Source of the DNA: Gemmatimonadota bacterium
GTDB taxonomy: Bacteria; Gemmatimonadota; Gemmatimonadetes; Palauibacterales; KS3-K002
Length of the DNA stretch: 64,000 nt
Assembly: GCA_036475815.1 (NCBI GenBank)
Contig: JAZGAL010000070.1
Location: 11,470 to 75,469 of the forward strand
Direction of reading: 5' to 3'
How positions within the stretch are numbered: the stretch's first letter is position 1; every line of letters starts with the position of its first letter. Positions 63,618-64,000 of this stretch are shown here, piece by piece. The notes under the pieces were generated by a model. It ran no database searches and was not told the origin of the DNA. It was given only the letters and a program-made list of their open reading frames with translations. The position numbers and the translations under genes are program-made.

Positions 63618-63693
63618 GCTGACGTAGCTCAACTGGCAGAGCGGCTGATTTGTAATCAGCAGGTTGCGGGTTCAACTCCCGCCGTCAGCTCCA
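63618..63693 (+). tRNA. tRNA-Thr (anticodon TGT), CCA encoded
   Basis: Manual cloverleaf: acceptor GCTGACG/CGTCAGC, D arm GCTC-AACTGGCA-GAGC, anticodon arm GCTGA-TTTGTAA-TCAGC, T arm GCGGG-TTCAACT-CCCGC, discriminator T, CCA. Confidence 0.95.
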
Positions 63694-63886
63694 GGCAGCA
63701 ACCACTGGGTGTGTTGGAGACTGGAGCGAGGCGAACCGGCGACATCGCGGACACTGCGTGGTCGAACCGGTATGCCTGCACCCCATTTCCGCCAGGCGCC
63801 GCGATTGAGGGCTGGCTTGAGCCGCGCGGTGGTCAGACGAGCACTCGAGCACGGCCCAGGAGCGATCGTGACGCTGGTTCGACTTC

Positions 63887-63969
63887 GGTGGGGTGCCCGA
63901 GCGGCCAAAGGGAGCAGACTGTAAATCTGCCGGCTGATGCCTACGAAGGTTCGAATCCTTCCCCCACCA
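63887..63969 (+). tRNA. tRNA-Tyr (anticodon GTA), long variable arm, CCA not encoded
   Basis: GGTGGGG...CAGACTGTAAATCTG...GAAGGTTCGAATCCTTC CCCCACC A. As far as I recall, nearly identical to E. coli tRNA-Tyr outside the variable arm. Confidence 0.97.
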
Positions 63970-64000
63970 TCCAGTACGTACCGGCGCTCGTGGGTGACCC

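Noticed and set aside
63694-63886. Degenerate tRNA or pseudogene in the Thr-Tyr spacer
   Set aside because: I could not fold any acceptor/T-arm combination. Only short repeated octamers are present. It is kept as a finding about spacer length only.

Overview
High-GC bacterial chromosomal segment (roughly two-thirds G+C by eye, not computed). It is densely packed, with about 58 protein genes and 2 tRNAs, mostly on the + strand and mostly housekeeping. Recognisable blocks in order: gmhA (partial), M42 peptidase, DtxR-family repressor, PHP phosphoesterase, trxB, erpA, MBL hydrolase, DHH phosphoesterase, coaE, second PHP protein, Na+/alanine symporter, second DHH/DHHA1 (NrnA-like), fur, pdaD-speB (putrescine), ccdA. 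A minus-strand operon follows (M20D amidohydrolase, nth-like, ggt, ABC exporter). Then comes a peptidoglycan-recycling cluster (murQ-anmK-nagZ-SSS transporter-amidase-large outer-membrane protein), a gamma-carbonic-anhydrase-like gene, class II RNR nrdJ with a long leader, and an ECF sigma/anti-sigma pair. The rest is M20 dipeptidase, apgM-HAD-GTPase-M19 dipeptidase, a thioredoxin-like gene, a membrane-bound wHTH-BTAD-TPR regulator with three small hypothetical genes, an amidohydrolase, cobB, a PEGA protein, pyk, MBL, class IV aminotransferase, ytxH, yihY, smpB, a second amidase, a TPR protein, pyrK-pyrD-pyrF, cysS and tRNA-Thr/tRNA-Tyr. Outer-membrane barrel signatures, TolB-like propellers and signal peptides indicate a diderm bacterium. 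The taxon cannot be fixed from the sequence alone; Gemmatimonadota-like is only a guess. I see no rRNA, CRISPR, transposase, integrase, phage or recognisable defence genes, and no clear-cut new system. The ORF track contains many long antisense ORFs typical of high-GC DNA, which I reject. The best candidates for undescribed biology are: (1) the translationally coupled murein-recycling cluster, which uses an SSS transporter instead of AmpG and ends in an HExxH + TolB-propeller + beta-barrel fusion protein; (2) the nrdJ leader, with tandem NrdR-box-like sites and a compact cobalamin-riboswitch-like fold; (3) three AT-rich or purine-rich microsatellite arrays (5-, 7- and 10-bp units) in intergenic leaders; (4) a ToxR-like BTAD regulator followed by a secreted protein with five 21-bp (heptapeptide FG) repeats; (5) an apgM-HAD-COG2403 GTPase-M19 module.
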